Source: a virus (lineage: Duplodnaviria; Caudoviricetes). From it: a stretch of 64,000 bases of DNA. The notes beneath the pieces were generated by a model. It was not told the DNA's origin. It did no database searches and was given only the letters and a program-made list of their open reading frames with translations. The stretch is from IMG/VR virus record IMGVR_UViG_2913820460_000006, positions 18,803 through 82,802 of that record; one strand, 5' to 3'. This document shows positions 9,668-20,304 of this stretch, piece by piece. Position 1 is the first letter of the stretch. Each line of letters begins with the position of its first letter. Made by a program: the position numbers and the translations under genes.

Positions 9668-11110
9668 ATGAAGAAAACAATGAGTTTCTTTTGTCGCATT
9701 ACGCTGATGATATTGGCGTTTGTGACGGGTGCATCAAGCGGTGTCATGATGGCAGAAGCATCGAACCTGCCTGATGCGGGTAAAACAACAGCCGGTGCGG
9801 ACGGTACGGGTGGAACAGACGGTATTTCCACTGAAACAGGAGGGCGTGAAACCGGTGACCCAAATTTCTATTTGAGTGATGTGGACAAACGCATCGTGAA
9901 AATCCGTCCGATGGCTACTCCAATTGACCAAATCAGCCGTTATGCAAAATCAAGCTCCACCAATTCATTTGAAGTGAAGTATTACAGCGTGGGTACACGT
10001 GAAATCAAATGCAGTACCAACAAAAAGCTGGAAGCTATGCTCAGCGGTGCGAGCGTGTCGTTGCCGGTAGATGATTTGAATATGTTCACGTTGGATGATA
10101 CCATTAGGGTAGTCGGTGTCAGTGCCATCACCAAACCGGACGGAACGAAATATACGGAAGATGACAGCAACGTTCCGGACCTCGTGCTTTGTGTGTGCGG
10201 AAAGGACAGCTCAACAAATCTTCCTACAGTGTATGCCGTAAATGGCAAAATGGATGATTCAAGCAAACAGCCGATTCTTGTTCCGGAAATTCCACAAGGA
10301 ACAACGCTTGTACGCATGGGAAAAGCATGTGGGGAATTGGATGTTCAGACAGGACGATTCAATAATATCCCTATGCCTGAAACCCAGTATTGTCAGAACT
10401 TCATGATTCAGGTAGAGCAATCAACTTTTGACAAGATTGCCGCCAAAGAAGTGAACTGGAATTTCTCAGACATTGAAGAAGACGGTGTATATGATATGCG
10501 CCTCGCAATGGAAAATACTTATCTGTTCGGTGTGAAGCAGGTTATCAAGCACATTGCAAAGGACGGCATGAACACTTGGTTTACAGGTGGTATCTGGTGG
10601 ATGGCCGGAAAGGACATCGAGGTGGGCGAATGGGATACTGACAAGAAATGCGCCATAATTACCGATGAAAACCTTGTGGATATTACCAAAGACCTTTTTG
10701 TTGGTACCGGCATCGGTAACAAGCGTAAGATTTTATTTTGTGGAAGTGATATGCTCTCTGCATTCTCCAAGATAAAGAGCGAAAAATTCCGCTTGAAAGA
10801 TACCGTGGAGGTATGGAACTTGAAATTCAAATCTTGGGATACTGATTTCGGAGAAGTATTGACCATACATCATGAACTGTTCGATGTAAACGGAATGAGT
10901 GATTGCGGCTTTGCAATGGATCCGGAATATCTTTCCAAAAAAACACATGTGTCTTGGGCACGTAACGTACTCGACTTGCAAAAGGCCGGTATCCGCCGTA
11001 CCGATGCGGTAGTTATCCAAGAGGTGAGCTGCCTGTATCTGCGCTATGCAAAGGCACATGCACGTATGAGACTGGCTAAAGCACCCGCCCAAGATTTAAA
11101 TGCGGCATAA
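9668..11110 (+). CDS. Major capsid protein (SU10/DUF5309-like HK97 fold) with a hydrophobic N-terminal leader
   Basis: QYCQNFMIQVEQS, DMRLAMENTYLFG and WFTGGIWW segments match SU10-type capsids; follows the scaffold; followed by a terminator. Confidence 0.75.
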   Translation: MKKTMSFFCRITLMILAFVTGASSGVMMAEASNLPDAGKTTAGADGTGGTDGISTETGGRETGDPNFYLSDVDKRIVKIRPMATPIDQISRYAKSSSTNSFEVKYYSVGTREIKCSTNKKLEAMLSGASVSLPVDDLNMFTLDDTIRVVGVSAITKPDGTKYTEDDSNVPDLVLCVCGKDSSTNLPTVYAVNGKMDDSSKQPILVPEIPQGTTLVRMGKACGELDVQTGRFNNIPMPETQYCQNFMIQVEQSTFDKIAAKEVNWNFSDIEEDGVYDMRLAMENTYLFGVKQVIKHIAKDGMNTWFTGGIWWMAGKDIEVGEWDTDKKCAIITDENLVDITKDLFVGTGIGNKRKILFCGSDMLSAFSKIKSEKFRLKDTVEVWNLKFKSWDTDFGEVLTIHHELFDVNGMSDCGFAMDPEYLSKKTHVSWARNVLDLQKAGIRRTDAVVIQEVSCLYLRYAKAHARMRLAKAPAQDLNAA

Positions 11111-11140
11111 TAAAGAGTTCATAAAGAATTATTAATTACC

Positions 11141-11172
11141 GGGGATGGGATAAGGTGTCCCGTCCCCTTTTT
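11141..11172 (+). terminator. Intrinsic terminator after the capsid gene
   Basis: GGGGATGGGA-loop-TCCCGTCCCC followed by TTTTT. Confidence 0.7.
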
Positions 11173-11184
11173 ACTTTTAAGAAT

Positions 11185-11688
11185 ATGATTACGAAAACCT
11201 ACAAGGCGAATACCAATATCAGTATTAATGTGGTACTTCCGAGCAAGAAGAACCTGCATATCGCATTCGTTCCATTGTCAAACGGAAGCAGTGTATTCAC
11301 TACCGACAACGAGGACATACAGAAGTCTGTAGAGAACCATTACAAGTTTGGCAAACTGTTCAAACTTCATTCTGTGCACGGGCAATCCGAGACAGTAGAA
11401 ACAGCCGGAAAAGCGTCTAAAAACGGTTCATCTGAAAAACTTCATTCCGAAAGTACGCACAATGGTGAAGACACGCCTGCCAACGAAACCGGCAGACAGG
11501 ACGAAATGCCGCAAGAAGACGCAGGGGATAACAATACGACATCTCGCAAAGTCAAAGTAAGCGACATTGCAAGTGCAAAAGATTACCTTGCAGACACTTT
11601 CGGTATCAGCCGCACTTCCATGCGCTCGACCAAGGCAATCATGGAGCAGGCAGCAGCAAACGGAATTGAGTTTGAAGGTCTGGAATAA
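11185..11688 (+). CDS. Hypothetical virion-associated protein
   Basis: Start moved to MITKTY (after the terminator); folded N- and C-termini with a low-complexity linker. Confidence 0.6.
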   Translation: MITKTYKANTNISINVVLPSKKNLHIAFVPLSNGSSVFTTDNEDIQKSVENHYKFGKLFKLHSVHGQSETVETAGKASKNGSSEKLHSESTHNGEDTPANETGRQDEMPQEDAGDNNTTSRKVKVSDIASAKDYLADTFGISRTSMRSTKAIMEQAAANGIEFEGLE

Positions 11689-11700
11689 AGATAAGGGCTT

Positions 11701-12339
11701 ATGGCTGTATATCAGAAGAACAAAATACAGGAGGATGTACGCACCGCCCTGGACCAAAACATGAACAGCGATACGTTGAAGATTATAGGCGATGTGGACA
11801 CTCTTGCACTTGACGACATCATTGCATCAAAGATTTTGGAAGCAGTAAAGCGTGTGCACAGCTCTGCACCGTCCTATTTGCTTGACGGCGGACACAACTT
11901 CGGTGATGCCATATATTGGAAAGAGCATGAAAGCGGATGGATATTACTGCCGGAAGATTTCATGCGTTTTGTCGTTTTCCAAATGAACGATTGGGAGCGT
12001 GCGGTATTTAATCCCATAAACACCGATGACCCTGAATATGAAAAACAGTCTTCCCGATTTAAAGGCATAAGAGGAACGTGTCAACGGCCTGTATGCGCCA
12101 TATCCATACGACCGGAAGGAAGAGTGATGGAATTTTATTCATGCAAAACGACAGAAGCGAAAGTGAGCCGTGCTGTATATCTGCCTTACCCGAAAATAGA
12201 CAAATATGGCGCGGTAGAAATCTGTGAGAAATGTTATGATGCTGTGATATATACCATAGCTGCATTAGTATTAACGACATTCGGCGATACGGAAAAAAGT
12301 GCCGCATTGAACGAATTGGCTAAATCTGTATTAATATGA
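11701..12339 (+). CDS. Probable head-tail adaptor/structural protein
   Basis: 212 aa between the capsid and tail fibre genes; stop overlaps the next start (ATGA). Confidence 0.5.
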   Translation: MAVYQKNKIQEDVRTALDQNMNSDTLKIIGDVDTLALDDIIASKILEAVKRVHSSAPSYLLDGGHNFGDAIYWKEHESGWILLPEDFMRFVVFQMNDWERAVFNPINTDDPEYEKQSSRFKGIRGTCQRPVCAISIRPEGRVMEFYSCKTTEAKVSRAVYLPYPKIDKYGAVEICEKCYDAVIYTIAALVLTTFGDTEKSAALNELAKSVLI

Positions 12340-15300
12340 GTTACGAATCAAAGCATATAGACGGTGATGTCTCCGTTGGTCGCAATACAGCGATAGGTGG
12401 TGACGCGACCGTTCAGGGAAAGACCCACTTGAAAGGAAACGTAATGGTGGACGGCTGGCTTGAGGCAAAAAATATCAAGGGAGTGAGCAAAGGACTGTTC
12501 ACGACCATCGAAAAACTGAAAGCGGCTTATCCTTTACCACATGACGGATGGTGGGCACTTGTGGGTGTTTCCTTACCAGCTCCCATATATGTGGGCGATG
12601 GCGGAGAATGGGTTCCGACCGGACAGAGTGGAGGCAACCCGACCATAGACAGCGGTCAGTATAACGAAGCCGTAGAAAAACTGCAAGAGGATATTACCAA
12701 ACTGCAGGACGACATTACGGATATAGAAGCCCGCAACAAAGCGCAAGACACCAACCTCACCACGCTTGGTGATAGTGTCAACTCGTTGCAAGACCAAGTA
12801 AACACGACCAAGGATACTGCAAACAAGGCAAACAACAAGGCGAATGAAGTTGGAAGCCAACTGAACTCTTTCAAAGAATCAAAAGGTGAAAACGGAGGAA
12901 TCGCCCCTCTTGACGAACAAGGGAAAGTACCGAGCCGACATTTGCCCGGATACATTGATGACGTGGTAGATTTTTATGGCATTTCCGTAGGCATTACTGT
13001 AAAAAATGAATCCATAGACAAAAATTCCAACGATGAGGGTTGTAAAGTTGTATATGATAAGGAACATGGTTGCTTTGTGCTTGCATACGTTCCGACAATC
13101 GGAGAATCCGAGACTGCTACTTATTATAACAACTGGTTGGATGCAGATGTTTTCGGTACGGCAAGTACAAACGGGCGAATACCCTCTTCCGGCAAAGTCT
13201 TTCTATGTGAAGAAGATGGAAAAAGTTATCGTTGGAGCGGTAAGCAACTGACTTCAATTGGCTCCGACCTTGCTCTCGGACATACAAGCTCTACTGCATT
13301 CCCCGGTGATGAAGGTGCGAAGTTACAGGAAGATATGAAGCAGGTCGAAGAAAACAAGAAGGCAATACTTTCACTCAATAAACAAGTCGTATCGCGTAGC
13401 GTTGTGAATGTCAATCATCTGTTTGACCTTTCAGATAGGGAGATAACATTTTCCGTAGCACTTGACAGGTGTGCGACTTCTGAATATGCTTCTGCTTTGC
13501 AGATTCCGGGTGTTGTCTTGATATTCCTTACAGAAGCCGGATGGGTTTCAAAACAATGGACAAATACCTCTGATTGGAGTAAAGAAAGCAACTGGACGGA
13601 TTTCGGGACTTCCGGTGGTGGAAACGTAGGCAACACCATCAACGTGAACGACCTTTGCGGAGATGGAGAATATACTTTGGGAACAGCCATAAAAGCTGTT
13701 GTTGACCTTGAGAAAGAAAGCGGGTTCTCTTATTTGAAAAGCGGTATCGTCCTTACATTCAAGACTGCGGAAAGTGATAAAAATGGCGCACCTGTATGGC
13801 TTGCCTATCAGTTCACACGCGATAAGAGTGACATCAGCCCTGATGATCTGAAACCGTGGGTAGCATTCGGCAGTGGCGGAAGCAAGGTGGAAACATCCGA
13901 CAAACCGGCAGAGGGAGGAAAAGATGCCCTTTCCACAGGCGGGGCATACATAATGCAGGAGAAAGCTATCGGCGGATTTGATGAAGAAAGTGATGAAGAC
14001 TACATTTACTACAAAGCCACCAATCTGAATGGCGGACAGATAGAGGATATTGTGCTTAAAATACCCAAAAATGGAGGTGGTGGCGGCTCCAGTGAGGATA
14101 GTACATTGTCTATCTACTTCGAGGAAGCCGCTCCTATTATGGCATTCGGCTCAGAGATAAAAATCAATGTAGCTTTGCGTAGTGTCAGCTATCCTGATGG
14201 TAACGAGGTGCTTGGTGTCATTCGTAACATCACTATTATTGATGCAAGCACCGGACTGACATTATCCAGTGAGGATATGAACACTGTAGGCTCTGCAAGT
14301 GCGACCGATTACAAGTTTGAACTTGACTTCACAAGTTATTTCAGCAGTGCCGCCAGCAAAAGCTTCTTTGTGCAAGCTACAGATTCGGATGGAAATACCA
14401 AGAAAAAAGCCATTACCATTATGGCTGTGGATATTACCGTAGAACAACCCATGGCTTTGAATTACACAAGTGATACTATCCTTGTTGCAGGTGGTCCGGC
14501 AAAAAATATCGGACAATTCTATAAATTCCCTAATAACACTTCATCCATTCTTGCAGTAGTGGAGATGTTCTATAATGGAGAATGGAAGAAACTTGGTGAA
14601 GCAACGGTAAGCGACAGTTATACCAAAGGCATCTCTGTCAATCCAACAAATGTATTCGGTGGCGGAGAAAGACTTTCGCATGGCGCATATCCTGTACGAA
14701 TATACGGTACGGAGAAGAAATCCGGAGTAAAGGGAAACACCATCTATTCCGCTATCATGTGTGTGGACGAAAACAGTAATACTCCCATCGTCGCCATCAG
14801 GTTCAATGACAAGAACAACGGCACGTTACGTTTATATGACAACCTTACCGTAGAGGTGGCTGCGTATACTCCCGGCAAGACTGAAACGCATGTAGATGTT
14901 TTCTACAGCGAGGAGAAAGTTACAGCTGTGGAAGCTATGATTGCCGAAACGGTTACAGTGAACAAGCAGATAAGCGGATATAGTACGGACGGAAGCCAAA
15001 GTATTACCGTACATGCCGAAAGTGGCGGTGTATCCACCAATGAAATCAAGGTTACGATAAAAGGGAGTGCCATTGATATAGCGATCAAGGACGGTGCTTT
15101 GTTCGGATATGATTTTTCTACACGTAGCAACAGTGAGAGCGATCATACTATCACACATAACGGAGTGACAATGGATGTACGAGGTGCAAACTGGTCAAGC
15201 AACGGATTTGTAGACTTTCTTAAGGAGCGTTCTTTGCGTATTGCAGAAAATGTAACAGCTGAAGTATTGGATTACCATCCTTTTGGAAACGCATCAGTGG

Positions 15301-18300
15301 AAACTACGAGCGGATGTGCCATCCAATTTGCCTTTGCCACCAAAAATATCAAGGAAGCTGATTCAAAGCTGATAGAATGCTATGACCCTGATAGCGGAGC
15401 CGGTTTCTATGTCTGTGGAAATAAAGCTGCGATATACTGCAAGACCGGACAACCGGCTTTGGTGGAACGCTCATTCCGACAAGGTGAAAAAATTACCATG
15501 GCCGTAGTTGTAGAACCATCTACCATTTATGTATCACGTGGGGGAAGCAATTATTCCTGTATCAAACTGTATTTGAATGGTGAAGAGGTCGGCTGTATAG
15601 GATATATCAGTAATAGCGGTGCTATCCTTAATTCAAAAACCATAACATTTGACGGAACGGAAGGAGACCTGTATTTGTATTATGTACTTGCCTACAACAG
15701 TCATTATGAATGGGCGCAAGCTTTTAGAAACTATTTGTGCAAGTTGACTGATACTTCAGCAATGATACAGGAGTATGAAGCGGAGAATGTGCTTGATACA
15801 CAGAATCGTCCGACAATAGAAGCCCTTTCCGCAAAAGGCATACCTTATTATGTGGTCGTGTCAGACCAGCAAACCTTTGACACGTTTGACGGTGATATTG
15901 ATACAAGCAAGAAGTTCAAATGTACGTTGTTCTATTATCATCCGACTATGCCGTGGAGAAGTTTTAAGGCTATCAATGTGCAATGGCGCAGGCAGGGAAC
16001 CACTTCGGCAAAACGGCCTATCAAGAACGACCGTTTCTATCTTCAAAAGAATGATGGTTGGGAGGTAACTCCTATTTATCCGGATTATGACAGTGAAGAT
16101 GCTCAAATATCATATAAACTGATGAAAATAGGTTATGTCCGTGTAGGCGAAGATTCTATTCCGGTAAAAATAATAACGGTGAAAGTGGATTATTCCGACA
16201 GCTCCAATGCCAACGACTGCGGTGTGTGCGGTTTGATGAATGCCACATTTCGTGCACTCGGAAGTAATTACCTGACTCCCGCTCAGCGTTCATTCGATGG
16301 AACTTGGGCAAAGAGTGACATATCATTAAAGGGATTGGAAATGAATCACTCGACAGCCAATCATCCCATTGCCGCATTCCGTGCTACACAGGAAAGCTTG
16401 ACAGACGCATGGTTTCATGCAAAAGGAAACTGGAAAGAGGATAAGGGAGAACAGGTTGCGCTTGGGTTTAAAGATACTCCCGGTTACAATAAAGGCTGCG
16501 TGAACTATGGAGATTTTGTGGAATATTTCGGACAAAATGGCGAAAGCCTCGACCAGATAGAAACACGTTTTAAGAATGATATTACCACCGATAAAGAAAA
16601 GCTTTATCTTCTTTCCCTATATTGCGGACAGGACTACCGGTTTATGTCATACGAACGGGGAGAGTGGACGCGACAAGCCGGAGAGATGAAGCAGGAAAAC
16701 GGCAAGTGGAAGATTACAGGCAAGGTCCTTAATCCGGTAAGCGGTTACGAATTGCTCACATATGATGGAATGAACTGGTGGCAAGGGGTTGGCAGCGTTG
16801 AAGATATGATGGAACCTACTACCGCAGAGTCCTCGTGGGTAACGAAACTCAAACTCGGACAGGATACTTATCCGATGTGGACAAGGTACTTTGAATGCAT
16901 GATAGACGATGACCAGCTACAGATAGACTTGGCTATGGGACGGAAAGTTCCTTATGACCTTTATCAAGTCCTGAAATTCTGTGATAGTTGCGATTATGCC
17001 AAGGAAGAACTCGCAGGGAAATGGCAGGAAATTTGGAAGACAGAGATGTGGAAATACATCAATCCGTACTCATTGGTTTCCTATTATCTTTTCACCGATT
17101 ATCTTGCCGCTGTCGACCAACAGGCGAAAAACATGCAACCGATGTTCTTCCTTGAAGACGGCTGCAGCGTCAAGGACGGTGTTTATAGCGGAGCAAACGG
17201 TATGGAAGCACGAAGAATGTATCTTAATAAAGTTTATGACTGTGATACCTGTAACGGTAAGGATAATGACGGCGGGCAAACCATTGACCCGGAAGTTGAC
17301 CCCGGTGACCTGACAAACAGTGCATACGCCGGAAGAGGAAGCGTGCTTTGGAATGATATACGTGGTCAGCAGACTATGGATGTAGACCAAAATGCCAATA
17401 CAATTACATTGCCTGCAATAGCAGATACGATGCGTTCGCTTCCCGATACACTTGGAATCGGTGCCGGACCGTTTTCTCCCAAGGGGGCTGACTATTATTT
17501 TGTAAAACAGATAATGAAAAAATGGCCTAAAGTTGTTTCAAGTTATGACGGAGAACGGAAGTATATCAAATATACAGGATATAACGACCTCTATTTCTAT
17601 GCATTGCAAGGGCTGGGGCTGACATCTCTTCCCGCTTTTATAGAACAACGCTGGCGCATCCGTGACGGATACTACCGCTGTGGGGATTTCAAGGCGGAAA
17701 GCGGTTATATTGGTGGACGTATCGGTGCAAAAGAAGGTGCAGTCATCAGATTTAAAGCGGCCAAGAGTGGGTATTTCGGTATCGGTAACGATAGTGGAAA
17801 CATTACACAGGGAATCTTTCTGAAGGCAGGGGAAAGCGGTACATTCACAGATTTCCAGCATGGGGAAAACATCATGCTGTACATATATCAGGCAGACCGC
17901 ATGAGCATGATAGATTTAAGTGAAGTAAGTATTGACCCTCAATTCGGGAATACCCTTTCAAAAATGTCGTTGCTACAGGAACTGTATCTCGGTAGTGAAA
18001 ATCATAAGGAATGGAAAATGTCGCCCGGAAACACCGGATTTCTTACCAATTTGGATTTAGGAGACATGCCGTTTCTCACTACATTGGATATTCGAAACAC
18101 GGAAATTATAACCGTCAATTGCTCAAAGTGTCCACGAATGGAGAGTGTGCATGCCGATAATACTTCTTTGTCTGCAATAACGTTTGCTGAAACTTCTCCG
18201 ATAAGTACGCTTGCCCTTCCCGGTACTATCACTGAACTTGTATTGAACAATCTGCCTAATCTGACTTATCCCGGCGGGCTTTCTCTTGGTGGTGTCAGTA

Positions 18301-20273
18301 AGGTTACAAAAATATTCGTGAATGAATGTCCGTATATTGATACGATGACTCTGTTGGAACAGGTGGTCAATGCAAGTGAATTGAAAACCGTCCGTATTCC
18401 CAACGTAAATGCTACGGCGAGTGTTGAAATGCTTCGTTCCATAAAAAACGGTGGGGCTATAGGATTGGATGCGAATGGTAATGCGTACGATGAAAAAGGA
18501 CAGTGTAGCGGAATAACCGGACGATGGATATTGGTCGAACTGATAGAGCAGAACGAAATCGAAGAGCTTGTCCGGTATTTTCCCCAACTTGAACTTCATA
18601 ATTCGCAGTTCTCTATTGTGAAAATCAGCGATACGGTAGACAATGATTCGTGTGAGAAGTATAGCAATCCCGAAAATAAGACGGGGGCGGATTATGGCAA
18701 CACATATATTCCAAGCGGGCATACCCTTGCCATCAAGAAAGGATGCCATGCCTATAAATGCTCATTCAACACGAAGAAAAACCAGATGGAAGGCGTGCAG
18801 TTAAGCGATACGGATTTCAACTACCTGAAAAACGGCAGCAGCTTTGACATAACGGACACCGCCGGAGAGGGCTTTGATATATTCTGGCATGCTCCGCACC
18901 ATTGGTACAAGGGAGTGAACGACTACAAGAACCAAGTAAAGTATTTTTTCCCTTCTATAACAGAGACCGAACCGCTCTCAACTGCATTGCATAGCAGAAA
19001 ATCCCTGTTGTCGGAATTGCTATATATGGAAAATACCGGAGTGTATGCGATTGATGCCGTTGTCGGTGAAGTCATAGGCGAGGATGTCATAACCACCGCA
19101 TCCAATACGAACAGCTACAAGATGGATGTGAGAGGAATGAAGCAGGTAAGATGGCCCGGTCTGAACCATGCCCGGCTTGGAGGCGTGTTCACTGACGAAA
19201 ACAACCGTGTGCTCAGTACGTTCATCATGTCTGTAAGCCATACCTATTTTGACTTCAACATCGGTGATTATGTGTTCTGTGACATACCTAACGGTGCAAA
19301 ATGGTTTTATTTCACTTCTTTCCGTGACATTGGCGACATAGAGTGCCTTGTTGTAGACAGCAGCAGTATTGAAGCCATAGAACCTGAATGGACCGAACAC
19401 ACGGTTGGCGACAACGACAGTCTGGTCGGTGTATATCCTATTACCGTTGACGGTTTGAAGATGCCACGCAGCCTTTCCGGTGATATACGTTCGAAGAAAG
19501 GCAACGGGACGTCCGTTACATCTAACGAATGGAAATACGACAGTGAGGGTAATCCTATTGAGATGCCTATCGGCGGTTTGAATTACACGGCAAAGGATTT
19601 CCAAAACATCTGCCGCTTACGTGGAGTTGGCTATCAGTTGCAGGATTACGAACAGCATAAAGAGATTAGCAATCTATGGTGGGCTTTGAGCGGAACAACC
19701 AACGAACAGTCGGTTGTGGGCAATGGCGGACATGACAGCATTCTGAATAAACTGGATTCCATTGGCATGGCTGACAGCAATAATACCGGCAATACGCTCA
19801 ACTCCATACTTGGATTGAAGCATTATGTGGGTTGTGATTCAGAATGGATGGACTATATCGCTTTTAATGTGCCGAGCTATGAAGCGTTCTACAAGGCAAA
19901 ATGCACGGAGAACGACAGTTCATATCCAATAGATTATACAGCGCATATTTATGACCCCGTAAACAAAACCGAACGGACTGTTAAAACAGTTGACGCTTCC
20001 AATGGAAATTGTGTCGTGCGCATAGTACATGGTGCCAAGTGCGATGTATTGCCCAGCAGAGTACACAAGGGAGATACAAGTATGTATGTAACACATTATG
20101 CAGCAGGATTTTGGATAAGTGGAAGCCGAGGCCGTTGTGTTTTGCGGTCCGGCAGCTACTCGTCTGCGAACAGCGGTCTCGCTTTTGCGGGCGCGAGCTG
20201 CGCTTCTTCGTACTCGAGCACGTACTGCGGGGCGCGTCTGGCCTTCCGCGGAAAATTCGTTATAATTGAATAG
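12336..20273 (+). CDS. Giant tail fibre/receptor-binding protein, DGR target
   Basis: 2645 aa: N-terminal coiled coil, two tandem ~70-aa repeats, a ConA/LamG-like region, a CotH-kinase-like region, leucine-rich repeats and a C-terminal CLec/FGE-type domain ending in the VR (...GARLAFRGK). Confidence 0.85.
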   Translation: MSYESKHIDGDVSVGRNTAIGGDATVQGKTHLKGNVMVDGWLEAKNIKGVSKGLFTTIEKLKAAYPLPHDGWWALVGVSLPAPIYVGDGGEWVPTGQSGGNPTIDSGQYNEAVEKLQEDITKLQDDITDIEARNKAQDTNLTTLGDSVNSLQDQVNTTKDTANKANNKANEVGSQLNSFKESKGENGGIAPLDEQGKVPSRHLPGYIDDVVDFYGISVGITVKNESIDKNSNDEGCKVVYDKEHGCFVLAYVPTIGESETATYYNNWLDADVFGTASTNGRIPSSGKVFLCEEDGKSYRWSGKQLTSIGSDLALGHTSSTAFPGDEGAKLQEDMKQVEENKKAILSLNKQVVSRSVVNVNHLFDLSDREITFSVALDRCATSEYASALQIPGVVLIFLTEAGWVSKQWTNTSDWSKESNWTDFGTSGGGNVGNTINVNDLCGDGEYTLGTAIKAVVDLEKESGFSYLKSGIVLTFKTAESDKNGAPVWLAYQFTRDKSDISPDDLKPWVAFGSGGSKVETSDKPAEGGKDALSTGGAYIMQEKAIGGFDEESDEDYIYYKATNLNGGQIEDIVLKIPKNGGGGGSSEDSTLSIYFEEAAPIMAFGSEIKINVALRSVSYPDGNEVLGVIRNITIIDASTGLTLSSEDMNTVGSASATDYKFELDFTSYFSSAASKSFFVQATDSDGNTKKKAITIMAVDITVEQPMALNYTSDTILVAGGPAKNIGQFYKFPNNTSSILAVVEMFYNGEWKKLGEATVSDSYTKGISVNPTNVFGGGERLSHGAYPVRIYGTEKKSGVKGNTIYSAIMCVDENSNTPIVAIRFNDKNNGTLRLYDNLTVEVAAYTPGKTETHVDVFYSEEKVTAVEAMIAETVTVNKQISGYSTDGSQSITVHAESGGVSTNEIKVTIKGSAIDIAIKDGALFGYDFSTRSNSESDHTITHNGVTMDVRGANWSSNGFVDFLKERSLRIAENVTAEVLDYHPFGNASVETTSGCAIQFAFATKNIKEADSKLIECYDPDSGAGFYVCGNKAAIYCKTGQPALVERSFRQGEKITMAVVVEPSTIYVSRGGSNYSCIKLYLNGEEVGCIGYISNSGAILNSKTITFDGTEGDLYLYYVLAYNSHYEWAQAFRNYLCKLTDTSAMIQEYEAENVLDTQNRPTIEALSAKGIPYYVVVSDQQTFDTFDGDIDTSKKFKCTLFYYHPTMPWRSFKAINVQWRRQGTTSAKRPIKNDRFYLQKNDGWEVTPIYPDYDSEDAQISYKLMKIGYVRVGEDSIPVKIITVKVDYSDSSNANDCGVCGLMNATFRALGSNYLTPAQRSFDGTWAKSDISLKGLEMNHSTANHPIAAFRATQESLTDAWFHAKGNWKEDKGEQVALGFKDTPGYNKGCVNYGDFVEYFGQNGESLDQIETRFKNDITTDKEKLYLLSLYCGQDYRFMSYERGEWTRQAGEMKQENGKWKITGKVLNPVSGYELLTYDGMNWWQGVGSVEDMMEPTTAESSWVTKLKLGQDTYPMWTRYFECMIDDDQLQIDLAMGRKVPYDLYQVLKFCDSCDYAKEELAGKWQEIWKTEMWKYINPYSLVSYYLFTDYLAAVDQQAKNMQPMFFLEDGCSVKDGVYSGANGMEARRMYLNKVYDCDTCNGKDNDGGQTIDPEVDPGDLTNSAYAGRGSVLWNDIRGQQTMDVDQNANTITLPAIADTMRSLPDTLGIGAGPFSPKGADYYFVKQIMKKWPKVVSSYDGERKYIKYTGYNDLYFYALQGLGLTSLPAFIEQRWRIRDGYYRCGDFKAESGYIGGRIGAKEGAVIRFKAAKSGYFGIGNDSGNITQGIFLKAGESGTFTDFQHGENIMLYIYQADRMSMIDLSEVSIDPQFGNTLSKMSLLQELYLGSENHKEWKMSPGNTGFLTNLDLGDMPFLTTLDIRNTEIITVNCSKCPRMESVHADNTSLSAITFAETSPISTLALPGTITELVLNNLPNLTYPGGLSLGGVSKVTKIFVNECPYIDTMTLLEQVVNASELKTVRIPNVNATASVEMLRSIKNGGAIGLDANGNAYDEKGQCSGITGRWILVELIEQNEIEELVRYFPQLELHNSQFSIVKISDTVDNDSCEKYSNPENKTGADYGNTYIPSGHTLAIKKGCHAYKCSFNTKKNQMEGVQLSDTDFNYLKNGSSFDITDTAGEGFDIFWHAPHHWYKGVNDYKNQVKYFFPSITETEPLSTALHSRKSLLSELLYMENTGVYAIDAVVGEVIGEDVITTASNTNSYKMDVRGMKQVRWPGLNHARLGGVFTDENNRVLSTFIMSVSHTYFDFNIGDYVFCDIPNGAKWFYFTSFRDIGDIECLVVDSSSIEAIEPEWTEHTVGDNDSLVGVYPITVDGLKMPRSLSGDIRSKKGNGTSVTSNEWKYDSEGNPIEMPIGGLNYTAKDFQNICRLRGVGYQLQDYEQHKEISNLWWALSGTTNEQSVVGNGGHDSILNKLDSIGMADSNNTGNTLNSILGLKHYVGCDSEWMDYIAFNVPSYEAFYKAKCTENDSSYPIDYTAHIYDPVNKTERTVKTVDASNGNCVVRIVHGAKCDVLPSRVHKGDTSMYVTHYAAGFWISGSRGRCVLRSGSYSSANSGLAFAGASCASSYSSTYCGARLAFRGKFVIIE
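20131..20240 (+). repeat. DGR variable repeat (VR)
   Basis: 110-bp copy of 21143-21252 with 15 substitutions, all opposite TR adenines; encodes the C-terminal residues of the fibre. Confidence 0.97.
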
Positions 20274-20304
20274 AGCGGACCTCGCGATTTCGAAAAAAGC
20301 GTTG

